Assembly (NCBI GenBank): GCA_964016885.1
Contig: OZ024748.1
Coordinates: 32,178,001 to 32,242,000 of the forward strand
DNA from: Eledone cirrhosa
Lineage: Eukaryota
Length of the DNA stretch: 64,000 nucleotides
Direction: 5' to 3'
Position 1 is the first letter of the stretch. The number at the start of each line of letters is the position of its first letter. Of the stretch, positions 37,201 to 52,200 are shown in pieces. The notes under the pieces are model-generated. The model searched no databases and was not told the DNA's origin. It saw only the letters and a list, made by a program, of their open reading frames with translations. A program made the position numbers and the translations under genes.

Positions 37201-40200
37201 ATTGCTATTTCAGAGCTCCAATTCTAATTTTTAATTTCTGCCTGACCAACAATCGCTCTGTATAATCAGCTCCTGATTATTTACTAGAATTCTATAAGAA
37301 TATAACATCAGTAATCTCAGTAGACAGGACGGGTAGTTAGCCTTGATAAGCTTCAACGAAAGCGAAACAAGGCCCTTGTCGGCTTATCTCCCCTGTTTGC
37401 TGAGATTAAAGTAAATGAATTCGTCACTACTCTAAAACAATAGCATACGGTCTGCAAAATGCTTTTAATTAAGCATAAAGTCTATTGCAAAATACATTAT
37501 ATATACATCCATATATATATTGCTATTTCAGAGCTCCAATACTAATTTTTAATTTCTGCCTGACCAACAATCGCTCTGTATAATCAGCACCTGATTATTT
37601 ACTAGAATTCTATAAGAATATAACATCAGTAATCTCAGTAGACAGGAGGGGTAGTTAGCCTTGATAAGCTTCAACAAAAGCGAAACAAGGCCCTTGTCGG
37701 CTTATCTCCCCTGTGTGCTGAGATTAAAGTAAGTGAATTTGTCACTACTCTAAAACAATAGCATACGGTCTTCAAAATGCTTTTAATTAAGCATAAAGTC
37801 TATTGCAAAATACATTATATATACATCCATATATATATATGTTGCTATTTCAGAGCTCCAATTCTAATTTTTAATTTCTGCCTGACCAGCAATCGCTCTG
37901 TATAATCAGCTCCTGATTATTTACTAGAACTCAATAAGAATATTACATCAGTAATCTCAGTAGACAGGAGGGTTAGTTAGCCTTGATAAGCTTCAACAAA
38001 AGCGAAACAAGGCCCTTGTCGGCTTATCTCCCCTGCTTGCTGAGATTAAAATAAGTGAATTTGTCACTATTCTAAAACAATAGCATACGGTCTTCAAAAT
38101 GCTTTTAATTAAGCATAAAGTCTATTGCAAAATACATTATATATACATCCATATATATATTGCTATTTCAGAGCTCCAATTCTAATTTTTAATTTCTGCC
38201 TGACCAACAATCGCTCTGTATAATCAGCTCCTGATTATTTACTAGAATTCTTTAAGAATATAACATAAGTAATCTCAGTAGACAGGACGGGTAGTTAGCC
38301 TTGATAAGCTTCAACAAAAGCGAAACAAGGCCCTTGTCGGCTTATCTCCCCTGTTTGCTGAGATTAAAGTAAATGAATTTGTCACTACTCTAAAACAATA
38401 GCATACGGTCTGCAAATGCTTTTAATTAAGCATAAAGTCTATTGCAAAATACATTATATATACATCCATATATATATTGCTATTTCAGAGCTCCAATTCT
38501 AATTTTTAATTTCTGCCTGACCAACAATCGCTCTGTATAATCAGCTCCTGATTATTTACTAGAATTCTATAAGAATATAAGATCAGTAATCTCAGTAGAC
38601 AGGAGGGGTAGTTAGCCTTGATAAGCTTCAACAAAAGCGAAACAAGGCCCTTGTCGGCTTATCTCCCCTGTTTGCTGAGATTAAAGTAAATTAATTTGTC
38701 ACTACTCTAAAACAATAGCATACGGTCTGCAAATGCTTTTAATTAAGCATAAAGTCTATTGCAAAATACATTATATATACATCCATATATATATTGCTAT
38801 TTCAGAGCTCCAATTCTAATTTTTAATTTCTGCCTGACCAACAATCGCTCTGTATAATCAGCTCCTGATTATTTACTAGAATTCTATAAGAATATAACTT
38901 CAATAATCTCAGTAGACAGGACGGGTAGTTAGCCTTGATAAGCTTCAACGAAAGCGAAACAAGGCCCTTGTCGGCTTATCTCCCCTGTTTGCTGAGATTA
39001 AAGTAAATGAATTTGTCACTACTCTAAAACAATAGCATACGGTCTGCAAAATGCTTTTAATTAAGCATAAAGTCTATTGCAAAATACATTATATATACAT
39101 CCATATATATATTGCTATTTCAGAGCTCCAATACTAATTTTTAATTTCTGCCTGACCAACAATCGCTCTGTATAATCAGCTCCTGATTATTTACTAGAAT
39201 TCTATAAGAATATAACATCAGTAATCTCAGTAGACAGGAGGGGTAGTTAGCCTTGATAAGCTTCAACAAAAGCGAAACGAGGCCCTTGTCGGCTTATCTC
39301 CCCTGTGTGCTGATATTAAAGTAAGTGAATTTGTCACTACTCTAAAACAATAGCATACGGTCTTCAAAATGCTTTTAATTAAGCATAAAGTCTATTGCAA
39401 AATACATTATATATACATCCATATATATATATGTTGCTATTTCAGAGCTCCAATTCTAATTTTTAATTTCTGCCTGACCAACAATCGCTCTGTATAATCA
39501 GCTCCTGATTATTTACTAGAACTCAATAAGAATATTACATCAGTAATCTAAGTAGACAGGAGGGTTAGTTAGCCTTGATAAGCTTCAACAAAAGCGAAAC
39601 AAGGCCCTTGTCGGCTTATCTCCCCTGTTTGCTGAGATGAAAGAAAGTGAATTTGTCACTACTCTAAAACAATAGCATACAGTCTTCAAAATGCTTTTAA
39701 TTAAGCATAAAGTCTATTGCAAAATACATTATATATACATCCATATATATATATTGCTATTTCAGAGCTCCAATTCTAATTTTTAATTTCTGCCTGACCA
39801 ACAATCGCTCTCTATAATCAGCTCCTGATTATATACTAGAATTCTATAAGAATATAACATCATTAATCTCAGTAGACAGGACGGGTAGTTAGCCTTGATA
39901 AGCTTCAACAAAAGCGAAACAAGGCCCTTGTCGGCTTATCTCCCCTGTTTGCTGAGATTAAAGTAAATTAATTTGTCACTACTCTAAAACAATAGCATAC
40001 GGTCTGCAAATGCTTTTAATTAAGCATAAAGTCTATTGCAAAATACATTATATATACATCCATATATATATTGCTATTTCAGAGCTCCAATTCTAATTTT
40101 TAATTTCTGCCTGACCAACAATCGCTCTGTATAATCAGCTCCTGATTATTTACTAGAATTCTATAAGAATATAACATCAGTAATCTCAGTAGACAGGACG

Positions 40201-43200
40201 GGTAGTTAGCCTTGATAAGCTTCAACGAAAGCGAAACAAGGCCCTTGTCGGCTTATCTCCCCTGTTTGCTGAGATTAAAGTAAATGAATTCGTCACTACT
40301 CTAAAACAATAGCATACGGTCTGCAAAATGCTTTTAATTAAGCATAAAGTCTATTGCAAAATACATTATATATACATCCATATATATATTGCTATTTCAG
40401 AGCTCCAATACTAATTTTTAATTTCTGCCTGACCAACAATCGCTCTGTATAATCAGCACCTGATTATTTACTAGAATTCTATAAGAATATAACAACAGTA
40501 ATCTCAGTAGACAGGAGGGGTAGTTAGCCTTGATAAGCTTCAACAAAAGCGAAACAAGGCCCTTGTCGGCTTATCTCCCCTGTGTGCTGAGATTAAAGTA
40601 AGTGAATTTGTCACTACTCTAAAACAATAGCATACGGTCTTCAAAATGCTTTTAATTAAGCATAAAGTCTATTGCAAAATACATTATATATACATCCATA
40701 TATATATATGTTGCTATTTCAGAGCTCCAATTCTAATTTTTAATTTCTGCCTGACCAGCAATCGCTCTGTATAATCAGCTCCTGATTATTTACTAGAACT
40801 CAATAAGAATATTACATCAGTAATCTCAGTAGACAGGAGGGTTAGTTAGCCTTGATAAGCTTCAACAAAAGCGAAACAAGGCCCTTGTCGGCTTATCTCC
40901 CCTGCTTGCTGAGATTAAAATAAGTGAATTTATCACTACTCTAAAACAATAGCATACGGTCTTCAAAATGCTTTTTATTAAGCATAAAGTCTATTGCAAA
41001 ATACATTATACAGACATCCATATTTATATTGCTATTTCATAGCTCCAATTCTAATTTTTAATTTCTGCCTGACCAACAATCGCTCTGTATAATCAGCTCC
41101 TGATTATTTACTAGAATTCTATAAGAATATAACATAAGTAATCTCAGTAGACAGGAGGGTTAGTTAGCCTTGATAAGCTTCAACAAAAGCGAAACAAGGC
41201 CCTTGTCGGCTTATCTGCTCTGTTTGCTGAGATTAAAGTAAGTGAATTTGTCACTACTCTAAAACAATAGCATACGGTCTTCAAAATGCTTTTAATTAAG
41301 CATAAAGTGTATTGCAAAATACATTATATATACATCCATATATATATTGCTATTTCAGAGCTCCAATTCTAATTTTTAATTTCTGCCTGACCAACAATCG
41401 CTCTGTATAATCAGCTCCTGATTATTTACTGGAATTCTATAAGAATATAACATCAGTAATCTCAGTAGACAGGAGGGTTAGTTAGCCTTGATAAGCTTCA
41501 ACAAAAGCGAAACAAGGCCCTTGTCGGCTTATCTGCTCTGTTTGCTGAGATTAAAGTAAGTGAATTTGTCACTACTCTAAAACAATAGCATACGGTCTTC
41601 AAAATGCTTTTAATTAAGCACAAAGTGTATTGCAAAATACATTATATATACATCCATATATATATTGCTATTTCAGAGCTCCAATTCTAATTTTTAATTT
41701 CTGCCTGACCAACAATCGCTCTGTATAATCAGCTCCTGATTATTTACTAGAATTCTTTAAGAATATAACATAAGTAATCTCAGTAGACAGGACGGGTAGT
41801 TAGCCTTGATAAGCTTCAACAAAAGCGAAACAAGGCCCTTGTCGGCTTATCTCCCCTGTTTGCTGAGATTAAAGTAAATTAATTTGTCACTACTCTAAAA
41901 CAATAGCATACGGTCTGCAAATGCTTTTAATTAAGCATAAAGTCTATTGCAAAATACATTATATATACATCCATATATATATTGCTATTTCAGAGCTCCA
42001 ATTCTAATTTTTAAGTTCTGCCTGACCAACAATCGCTCTGTATAATCAGCTCCTGATTATTTACTAGAATTCTATAAGAATATAACATCAGTAATCTCAG
42101 TAGACAGGACGGGTAGTTAGCCTTGATAAGCTTCAACGAAAGCGAAACAAGGCCCTTGTCGGCTTATCTCCCCTGTTTGCTGAGATTAAAGTAAGTGAAT
42201 TTGTAACTACTCTAAAACAATAGCATACGGTCTTCAAAATGCTTTTAATTAAGCACAAAGTGTATTGTAAAATACATTATATATACATCCATATATATAT
42301 TGCTATTTCAGAGCTCCAATACTAATTTTTAATTTCTGCCTGACCAACAATCGCTCTGTATAATCAGCTCCTGATTATTTACTAGAATTCTATGAGAATA
42401 TAACATCAGTAATCTCAGTAGACAGGACGGGTAGCTAGCCTTGATAAGCTTCAACAAAAGCGAAACAAGGCCCTTGTCGGCTTATCTCCCCTGTTTGCTG
42501 AGATGAAAGTAAATGAATTTGTCACTACTCTAAAACAATAGCATACGGTCTGCAAAATGCTTTTAATTAAGCATAAAGTCTATTGCAAAATACATTATAT
42601 ATACATCCATATATATATATTGCTATTTCAGAGCTCCAATACTAATTTTTAATTTCTGCCTGACCAACAATCGCTCTGTATAATCAGCTCCTGATTATTT
42701 ACTAGAATTCTATAAGAATATAACATCAGTAATCTCAGTAGACAGGAGGGGTAGTTAGCCTTGATAAGCTTCAACAAAAGCGAAACAAGGCCCTTGTCGG
42801 CTTATCTCCCCTGTTTGCTGAGATGAAAGAAAGTGAATTTGTCACTACTCTAAAACAATAGCATACAGTCTTCAAAATGCTTTTAATTAAGCATAAAGTC
42901 TATTGCAAAATACATTATATATACATCCATATATATATATTGCTATTTCAGAGCTCCAATTCTAATTTTTAATTTCTGCCTGACCAACAATCGCTCTCTA
43001 TAATCAGCTCCTGATTATATACTAGAATTCTATAAGAATATAACATCATTAATCTCAGTAGACAGGACGGGTAGTTAGCCTTGATAAGCTTCAACAAAAG
43101 CGAAACAAGGCCCTTGTCGGCTTATCTCCCCTGTTTGCTGAGATTAAAGTAAATTAATTTGTCACTACTCTAAAACAATAGCATACGGTCTGCAAATGCT

Positions 43201-46200
43201 TTTAATTAAGCATAAAGTCTATTGCAAAATACATTATATATACATCCATATATATATTGCTATTTCAGAGCTCCAATTCTAATTTTTAATTTCTGCCTGA
43301 CCAACAATCGCTCTGTATAATCAGCTCCTGATTATTTACTAGAATTCTATAAGAATATAACATCAGTAATCTCAGTAGACAGGACGGGTAGTTAGCCTTG
43401 ATAAGCTTCAACGAAAGCGAAACAAGGCCCTTGTCGGCTTATCTCCCCTGTTTGCTGAGATTAAAGTAAATGAATTCGTCACTACTCTAAAACAATAGCA
43501 TACGGTCTGCAAAATGCTTTTAATTAAGCATAAAGTCTATTGCAAAATACATTATATATACATCCATATATATATTGCTATTTCAGAGCTCCAATACTAA
43601 TTTTTAATTTCTGCCTGACCAACAATCGCTCTGTATAATCAGCACCTGATTATTTACTAGAATTCTATAAGAATATAACATCAGTAATCTCAGTAGACAG
43701 GAGGGGTAGTTAGCCTTGATAAGCTTCAACAAAAGCGAAACAAGGCCCTTGTCGGCTTATCTCCCCTGTGTGCTGAGATTAAAGTAAGTGAATTTGTCAC
43801 TACTCTAAAACAATAGCATACGGTCTTCAAAATGCTTTTAATTAAGCATAAAGTCTATTGCAAAATACATTATATATACATCCATATATATATATGTTGC
43901 TATTTCAGAGCTCCAATTCTAATTTTTAATTTCTGCCTGACCAGCAATCGCTCTGTATAATCAGCTCCTGATTATTTACTAGAACTCAATAAGAATATTA
44001 CATCAGTAATCTCAGTAGACAGGAGGGTTAGTTAGCCTTGATAAGCTTCAACAAAAGCGAAACAAGGCCCTTGTCGGCTTATCTCCCCTGCTTGCTGAGA
44101 TTAAAATAAGTGAATTTGTCACTATTCTAAAACAATAGCATACGGTCTTCAAAATGCTTTTAATTAAGCATAAAGTCTATTGCAAAATACATTATATATA
44201 CATCCATATATATATTGCTATTTCAGAGCTCCAATTCTAATTTTTAATTTCTGCCTGACCAACAATCGCTCTGTATAATCAGCTCCTGATTATTTACTAG
44301 AATTCTTTAAGAATATAACATAAGTAATCTCAGTAGACAGGACGGGTAGTTAGCCTTGATAAGCTTCAACAAAAGCGAAACAAGGCCCTTGTCGGCTTAT
44401 CTCCCCTGTTTGCTGAGATTAAAGTAAATGAATTTGTCACTACTCTAAAACAATAGCATACGGTCTGCAAATGCTTTTAATTAAGCATAAAGTCTATTGC
44501 AAAATACATTATATATACATCCATATATATATTGCTATTTCAGAGCTCCAATTCTAATTTTTAATTTCTGCCTGACCAACAATCGCTCTGTATAATCAGC
44601 TCCTGATTATTTACTAGAATTCTATAAGAATATAAGATCAGTAATCTCAGTAGACAGGAGGGGTAGTTAGCCTTGATAAGCTTCAACAAAAGCGAAACAA
44701 GGCCCTTGTCGGCTTATCTCCCCTGTTTGCTGAGATTAAAGTAAATTAATTTGTCACTACTCTAAAACAATAGCATACGGTCTGCAAATGCTTTTAATTA
44801 AGCATAAAGTCTATTGCAAAATACATTATATATACATCCATATATATATTGCTATTTCAGAGCTCCAATTCTAATTTTTAATTTCTGCCTGACCAACAAT
44901 CGCTCTGTATAATCAGCTCCTGATTATTTACTAGAATTCTATAAGAATATAACTTCAATAATCTCAGTAGACAGGACGGGTAGTTAGCCTTGATAAGCTT
45001 CAACGAAAGCGAAACAAGGCCCTTGTCGGCTTATCTCCCCTGTTTGCTGAGATTAAAGTAAATGAATTTGTCACTACTCTAAAACAATAGCATACGGTCT
45101 GCAAAATGCTTTTAATTAAGCATAAAGTCTATTGCAAAATACATTATATATACATCCATATATATATTGCTATTTCAGAGCTCCAATACTAATTTTTAAT
45201 TTCTGCCTGACCAACAATCGCTCTGTATAATCAGCTCCTGATTATTTACTAGAATTCTATAAGAATATAACATCAGTAATCTCAGTAGACAGGAGGGGTA
45301 GTTAGCCTTGATAAGCTTCAACAAAAGCGAAACGAGGCCCTTGTCGGCTTATCTCCCCTGTGTGCTGATATTAAAGTAAGTGAATTTGTCACTACTCTAA
45401 AACAATAGCATACGGTCTTCAAAATGCTTTTAATTAAGCATAAAGTCTATTGCAAAATACATTATATATACATCCATATATATATATGTTGCTATTTCAG
45501 AGCTCCAATTCTAATTTTTAATTTCTGCCTGACCAACAATCGCTCTGTATAATCAGCTCCTGATTATTTACTAGAACTCAATAAGAATATTACATCAGTA
45601 ATCTAAGTAGACAGGAGGGTTAGTTAGCCTTGATAAGCTTCAACAAAAGCGAAACAAGGCCCTTGTCGGCTTATCTCCCCTGTTTGCTGAGATGAAAGAA
45701 AGTGAATTTGTCACTACTCTAAAACAATAGCATACAGTCTTCAAAATGCTTTTAATTAAGCATAAAGTCTATTGCAAAATACATTATATATACATCCATA
45801 TATATATATTGCTATTTCAGAGCTCCAATTCTAATTTTTAATTTCTGCCTGACCAACAATCGCTCTCTATAATCAGCTCCTGATTATATACTAGAATTCT
45901 ATAAGAATATAACATCATTAATCTCAGTAGACAGGACGGGTAGTTAGCCTTGATAAGCTTCAACAAAAGCGAAACAAGGCCCTTGTCGGCTTATCTCCCC
46001 TGTTTGCTGAGATTAAAGTAAATTAATTTGTCACTACTCTAAAACAATAGCATACGGTCTGCAAATGCTTTTAATTAAGCATAAAGTCTATTGCAAAATA
46101 CATTATATATACATCCATATATATATTGCTATTTCAGAGCTCCAATTCTAATTTTTAATTTCTGCCTGACCAACAATCGCTCTGTATAATCAGCTCCTGA

Positions 46201-49200
46201 TTATTTACTAGAATTCTATAAGAATATAACATCAGTAATCTCAGTAGACAGGACGGGTAGTTAGCCTTGATAAGCTTCAACGAAAGCGAAACAAGGCCCT
46301 TGTCGGCTTATCTCCCCTGTTTGCTGAGATTAAAGTAAATGAATTCGTCACTACTCTAAAACAATAGCATACGGTCTGCAAAATGCTTTTAATTAAGCAT
46401 AAAGTCTATTGCAAAATACATTATATATACATCCATATATATATTGCTATTTCAGAGCTCCAATACTAATTTTTAATTTCTGCCTGACCAACAATCGCTC
46501 TGTATAATCAGCACCTGATTATTTACTAGAATTCTATAAGAATATAACAACAGTAATCTCAGTAGACAGGAGGGGTAGTTAGCCTTGATAAGCTTCAACA
46601 AAAGCGAAACAAGGCCCTTGTCGGCTTATCTCCCCTGTGTGCTGAGATTAAAGTAAGTGAATTTGTCACTACTCTAAAACAATAGCATACGGTCTTCAAA
46701 ATGCTTTTAATTAAGCATAAAGTCTATTGCAAAATACATTATATATACATCCATATATATATATGTTGCTATTTCAGAGCTCCAATTCTAATTTTTAATT
46801 TCTGCCTGACCAGCAATCGCTCTGTATAATCAGCTCCTGATTATTTACTAGAACTCAATAAGAATATTACATCAGTAATCTCAGTAGACAGGAGGGTTAG
46901 TTAGCCTTGATAAGCTTCAACAAAAGCGAAACAAGGCCCTTGTCGGCTTATCTCCCCTGCTTGCTGAGATTAAAATAAGTGAATTTGTCACTATTCTAAA
47001 ACAATAGCATACGGTCTTCAAAATGCTTTTAATTAAGCATAAAGTCTATTGCAAAATACATTATATATACATCCATATATATATTGCTATTTCAGAGCTC
47101 CAATTCTAATTTTTAATTTCTGCCTGACCAACAATCGCTCTGTATAATCAGCTCCTGATTATTTACTAGAATTCTTTAAGAATATAACATAAGTAATCTC
47201 AGTAGACAGGACGGGTAGTTAGCCTTGATAAGCTTCAACAAAAGCGAAACAAGGCCCTTGTCGGCTTATCTCCCCTGTTTGCTGAGATTAAAGTAAATGA
47301 ATTTGTCACTACTCTAAAACAATAGCATACGGTCTGCAAATGCTTTTAATTAAGCATAAAGTCTATTGCAAAATACATTATATATACATCCATATATATA
47401 TTGCTATTTCAGAGCTCCAATTCTAATTTTTAATTTCTGCCTGACCAACAATCGCTCTGTATAATCAGCTCCTGATTATTTACTAGAATTCTATAAGAAT
47501 ATAAGATCAGTAATCTCAGTAGACAGGAGGGGTAGTTAGCCTTGATAAGCTTCAACAAAAGCGAAACAAGGCCCTTGTCGGCTTATCTCCCCTGTTTGCT
47601 GAGATTAAAGTAAATTAATTTGTCACTACTCTAAAACAATAGCATACGGTCTGCAAATGCTTTTAATTAAGCATAAAGTCTATTGCAAAATACATTATAT
47701 ATACATCCATATATATATTGCTATTTCAGAGCTCCAATTCTAATTTTTAATTTCTGCCTTACCAACAATCGCTCTGTATAATCAGCTCCTGATTATTTAC
47801 TAGAATTCTATAAGAATATAACTTCAATAATCTCAGTAGACAGGACGGGTAGTTAGCCTTGATAAGCTTCAACGAAAGCGAAACAAGGCCCTTGTCGGCT
47901 TATCTCCCCTGTTTGCTGAGATTAAAGTAAATGAATTTGTCACTACTCTAAAACAATAGCATACGGTCTGCAAAATGCTTTTAATTAAGCATAAAGTCTA
48001 TTGCAAAATACATTATATATACATCCATATATATATTGCTATTTCAGAGCTCCAATACTAATTTTTAATTTCTGCCTGACCAACAATCGCTCTGTATAAT
48101 CAGCTCCTGATTATTTACTAGAATTCTATAAGAATATAACATCAGTAATCTCAGTAGACAGGAGGGGTAGTTAGCCTTGATAAGCTTCAACAAAAGCGAA
48201 ACGAGGCCCTTGTCGGCTTATCTCCCCTGTGTGCTGATATTAAAGTAAGTGAATTTGTCACTACTCTAAAACAATAGCATACGGTCTTCAAAATGCTTTT
48301 AATTAAGCATAAAGTCTATTGCAAAATACATTATATATACATCCATATATATATATGTTGCTATTTCAGAGCTCCAATTCTAATTTTTAATTTCTGCCTG
48401 ACCAACAATCGCTCTGTATAATCAGCTCCTGATTATTTACTAGAACTCAATAAGAATATTACATCAGTAATCTAAGTAGACAGGAGGGTTAGTTAGCCTT
48501 GATAAGCTTCAACAAAAGCGAAACAAGGCCCTTGTCGGCTTATCTCCCCTGCTTGCTGAGATTAAAATAAGTGAATTTGTCACTATTCTAAAACAATAGC
48601 ATACGGGCTTCAAAATGCTTTTAATTAAGCATAAAGTCTATTGCAAAATACATTATATATACATCCATATATATATTGCTATTTCAGAGCTCCAATTCTA
48701 ATTTTTAATTTCTGCCTGACCAACAATCGCTCTGTATAATCAGCTCCTGATTATTTACTAGAATTCTTTAAGAATATAACATAAGTAATCTCAGTAGACA
48801 GGACGGGTAGTTAGCCTTGATAAGCTTCAACAAAAGCGAAACAAGGCCCTTGTCGGCTTATCTCCCCTGTTTGCTGAGATTAAAGTAAATGAATTTGTCA
48901 CTACTCTAAAACAATAGCATACGGTCTGCAAATGCTTTTAATTAAGCATAAAGTCTATTGCAAAATACATTATATATACATCCATATATATATTGCTATT
49001 TCAGAGCTCCAATTCTAATTTTTAATTTCTGCCTGACCAACAATCGCTCTGTATAATCAGCTCCTGATTATTTACTAGAATTCTATAAGAATATAACATC
49101 AGTAATCTCAGTAGACAGGACGGGTAGTTAGCCTTGATAAGCTTCAACAAAAGCGAAACAGGGACCTTGTCGGCTTATCTCCCCTGTTTGCTGAGATTAA

Positions 49201-52200
49201 AGTAAATGAATTTGTCACTACTCTAAAACAATAGCATACGGTCTGCAAAATGCTTTTAATTAAGCATAAAGTCTATTGCAAAATACATTATATATACATC
49301 CATATATATATTGCTATATCAGAGCTCCAATTCTAATTTTTAATTTCTGCCTGACCAACAATCGCTCTGTATAATCAGCTCCTGATTATTTACTAGAATT
49401 CTATAAGAATATTACATCAGTAATCTCAGTAGACAGGACGTGTAGTTAGCCTTGATAAGCTTCAACAAAAGCGAAACAAGGCCCTTGTCGGCTTATCTCC
49501 CCTGTTTGCTGAGATTAAAGTAAATTAATTTGTCACTACTCTAAAACAATAGCATACGGTCTTCAAAATGCTTTTAATTAAGCACAAAGTGTATTGCAAA
49601 ATACATTATATATACATCTATATATATATTGCTATTTCAGAGCTCCAATACTAATTTTTAATTTCTGCCTGACCAACAATCGCTCTGTATAATCAGCTCC
49701 TGATTATTTACTAGAATTCTATAAGAATATAAGATCAGTAATCTCAGTAGACAGGAGGGGTAGTTAGCCTTGATAAGCTTCAACAAAAGCGAAACAAGGC
49801 CCTTGTCGGCTTATCTCCCCTGTTTGCTGAGATTAAAGTAAATTAATTTGTCACTACTCTAAAACAATAGCATACGGTCTGCAAATGCTTTTAATTAAGC
49901 ATAAAGTCTATTACAAAATACATTATATATACATCCATATATATATTGCTATTTCAGAGCTCCAATTCTAATTTTTAATTTCTGCCTGACCAACAATCGC
50001 TCTGTATAATCAGCTCCTGATTATTTACTAGAATTCTATAAGAATATAACATCAGTAATCTCAGTAGACAGGACGGTTAGTTAGCCTTGATAAGCTTCAA
50101 CGAAAGCGAAACAAGGCCCTTGTCGGCTTATCTCCCCTGTTTGCTGAGATTAAAGTAAATGAATTTGTCACTACTCTAAAACAATAGCATACGGTCTGCA
50201 AAATGCTTTTAATTAAGCATAAAGTCTATTGCAAAATACATTATATATACATCCATATATATATTGCTATTTCAGAGCTCCAATACTAATTTTTAATTTC
50301 TGCCTGACCAACAATCGCTCTGTATAATCAGCTCCTGATTATTTACTAGAATTCTATAAGAATATAACATCAGTAATCTCAGTAGACAGGAGGGGTAGTT
50401 AGCCTTGATAAGCTTCAACAAAAGCGAAACAAGGCCCTTGTCGGCTTATCTCCCCTGTGTGCTGAGATTAAAGTAAGTGAATTTGTCACTACTCTAAAAC
50501 AATAGCATACGGTCTTCAAAATGCTTTTAATTAAGCATAAAGTCTATTGCAAAATACATTATATATACATCCATATATATATATGTTGCTATTTCAGAGC
50601 TCCAATTCTAATTTTTAATTTCTGCCTGACCAACAATCGCTCTGTATAATCAGCTCCTGATTATTTACTAGAACTCAATAAGAATATTACATCAGTAATC
50701 TCAGTAGACAGGAGGGTTAGTTAGCCTTGATAAGCTTCAACAAACGCGAAACAAGGCCCTTGTCGGCTTATCTCCCCTGCTTGCTGAGATTAAAATAAGT
50801 GAATTTGTCAGTATTCTAAAACAATAGCATACGGTCTTCAAAATGCTTTTAATTAAGCATAAAGTCTATTGCAAAATACATTATATATACATCCATATAT
50901 ATATTGCTATTTCAGATCTCCAATACTAATTTTTAATTTCTGCCTGACCAACAATCGCTCTGTATAATCAGCTCCTGATTATTTACTAGAATTCTTTAAG
51001 AATATAACATAAGTAATCTCAGTAGACAGGACGGGTAGTTAGCCTTGATAAGCTTCAACAAAAGCGAAACAAGGCCCTTGTCGGCTTATCTCCCCTGTTT
51101 GCTGAGATTAAAGTAAATGAATTTGTCACTACTCTAAAACAATAGCATACGGTCTGCAAACTGCTTTTAATTAAGCATAAAGTCTATTGCAAAATACATT
51201 ATATATACATCCATATATATATTGCTATTTCAGAGCTCCAATTCTAATTTTTAATTTCTGCCTGACCAACAATCGCTCTGTATAATCAGCTCCTGATTAT
51301 TTACTAGAATTCTATAAGAATATAACATCAGTAATCTCAGTAGACAGGACGGGTAGTTAGCCTTGATAAGCTTCAACAAAAGCGAAACAAGGCCCTTGTC
51401 GGCTTATCTCCCCTGTTTGCTGAGATTAAAGTAAATGAATTTGTCACTACTCTAAAACAATAGCATACGGTCTGCAAAATGCTTTTAATTAAGCATAAAG
51501 TCTATTGCAAAATACATTATATATACATCCATATATATATTGCTATATCAGAGCTCCAATTCTAATTTTTAATTTCTGCCTGACCAACAATCGCTCTGTA
51601 TAATCAGCTCCTGATTATTTACTAGAATTCTATAAGAATATAACATCAGTAATCTCAGTAGACAGGACGTGTAGTTAGCCTTGATAAGCTTCAACAAAAG
51701 CGAAACAAGGCCCTTGTCGGCTTATCTCCCCTGTTTGCTGATATTAAAGTAAGTGAATTTGTAACTACTCTAAAACAATAGCATACGGTCTTCAAAATGC
51801 TTTTAATTAAGCACAAAGTGTATTGCAAAATACATTATATATACATCTATATATATATTGCTATTTCAGAGCTCCAATACTAATTTTTAATTTCTGCCTG
51901 ACCAACAATCGCTCTGTATAATCAGCTCCTGATTATTTACAAGAATTCTATAAGAATATAACATCAGTAATCTCAGTAGACAGGAGGGTTAGTTAGCCTT
52001 GATAAGCTTCAACAAAGCGAAACAAGGCCCTTGTCGGCTTATCTCCCCTGTTTGCTGAGATTAAAGTAAGTGAATTTGTCACTACTCTAAAACAATAGCA
52101 TACGGTCTTCAAAATGCTTTTAATTAAGCATAAAGTCTATTGCAAAATACATTATATCTACATCTATATATATATTGCTATTTCAGAGCTCCAATTCTAA

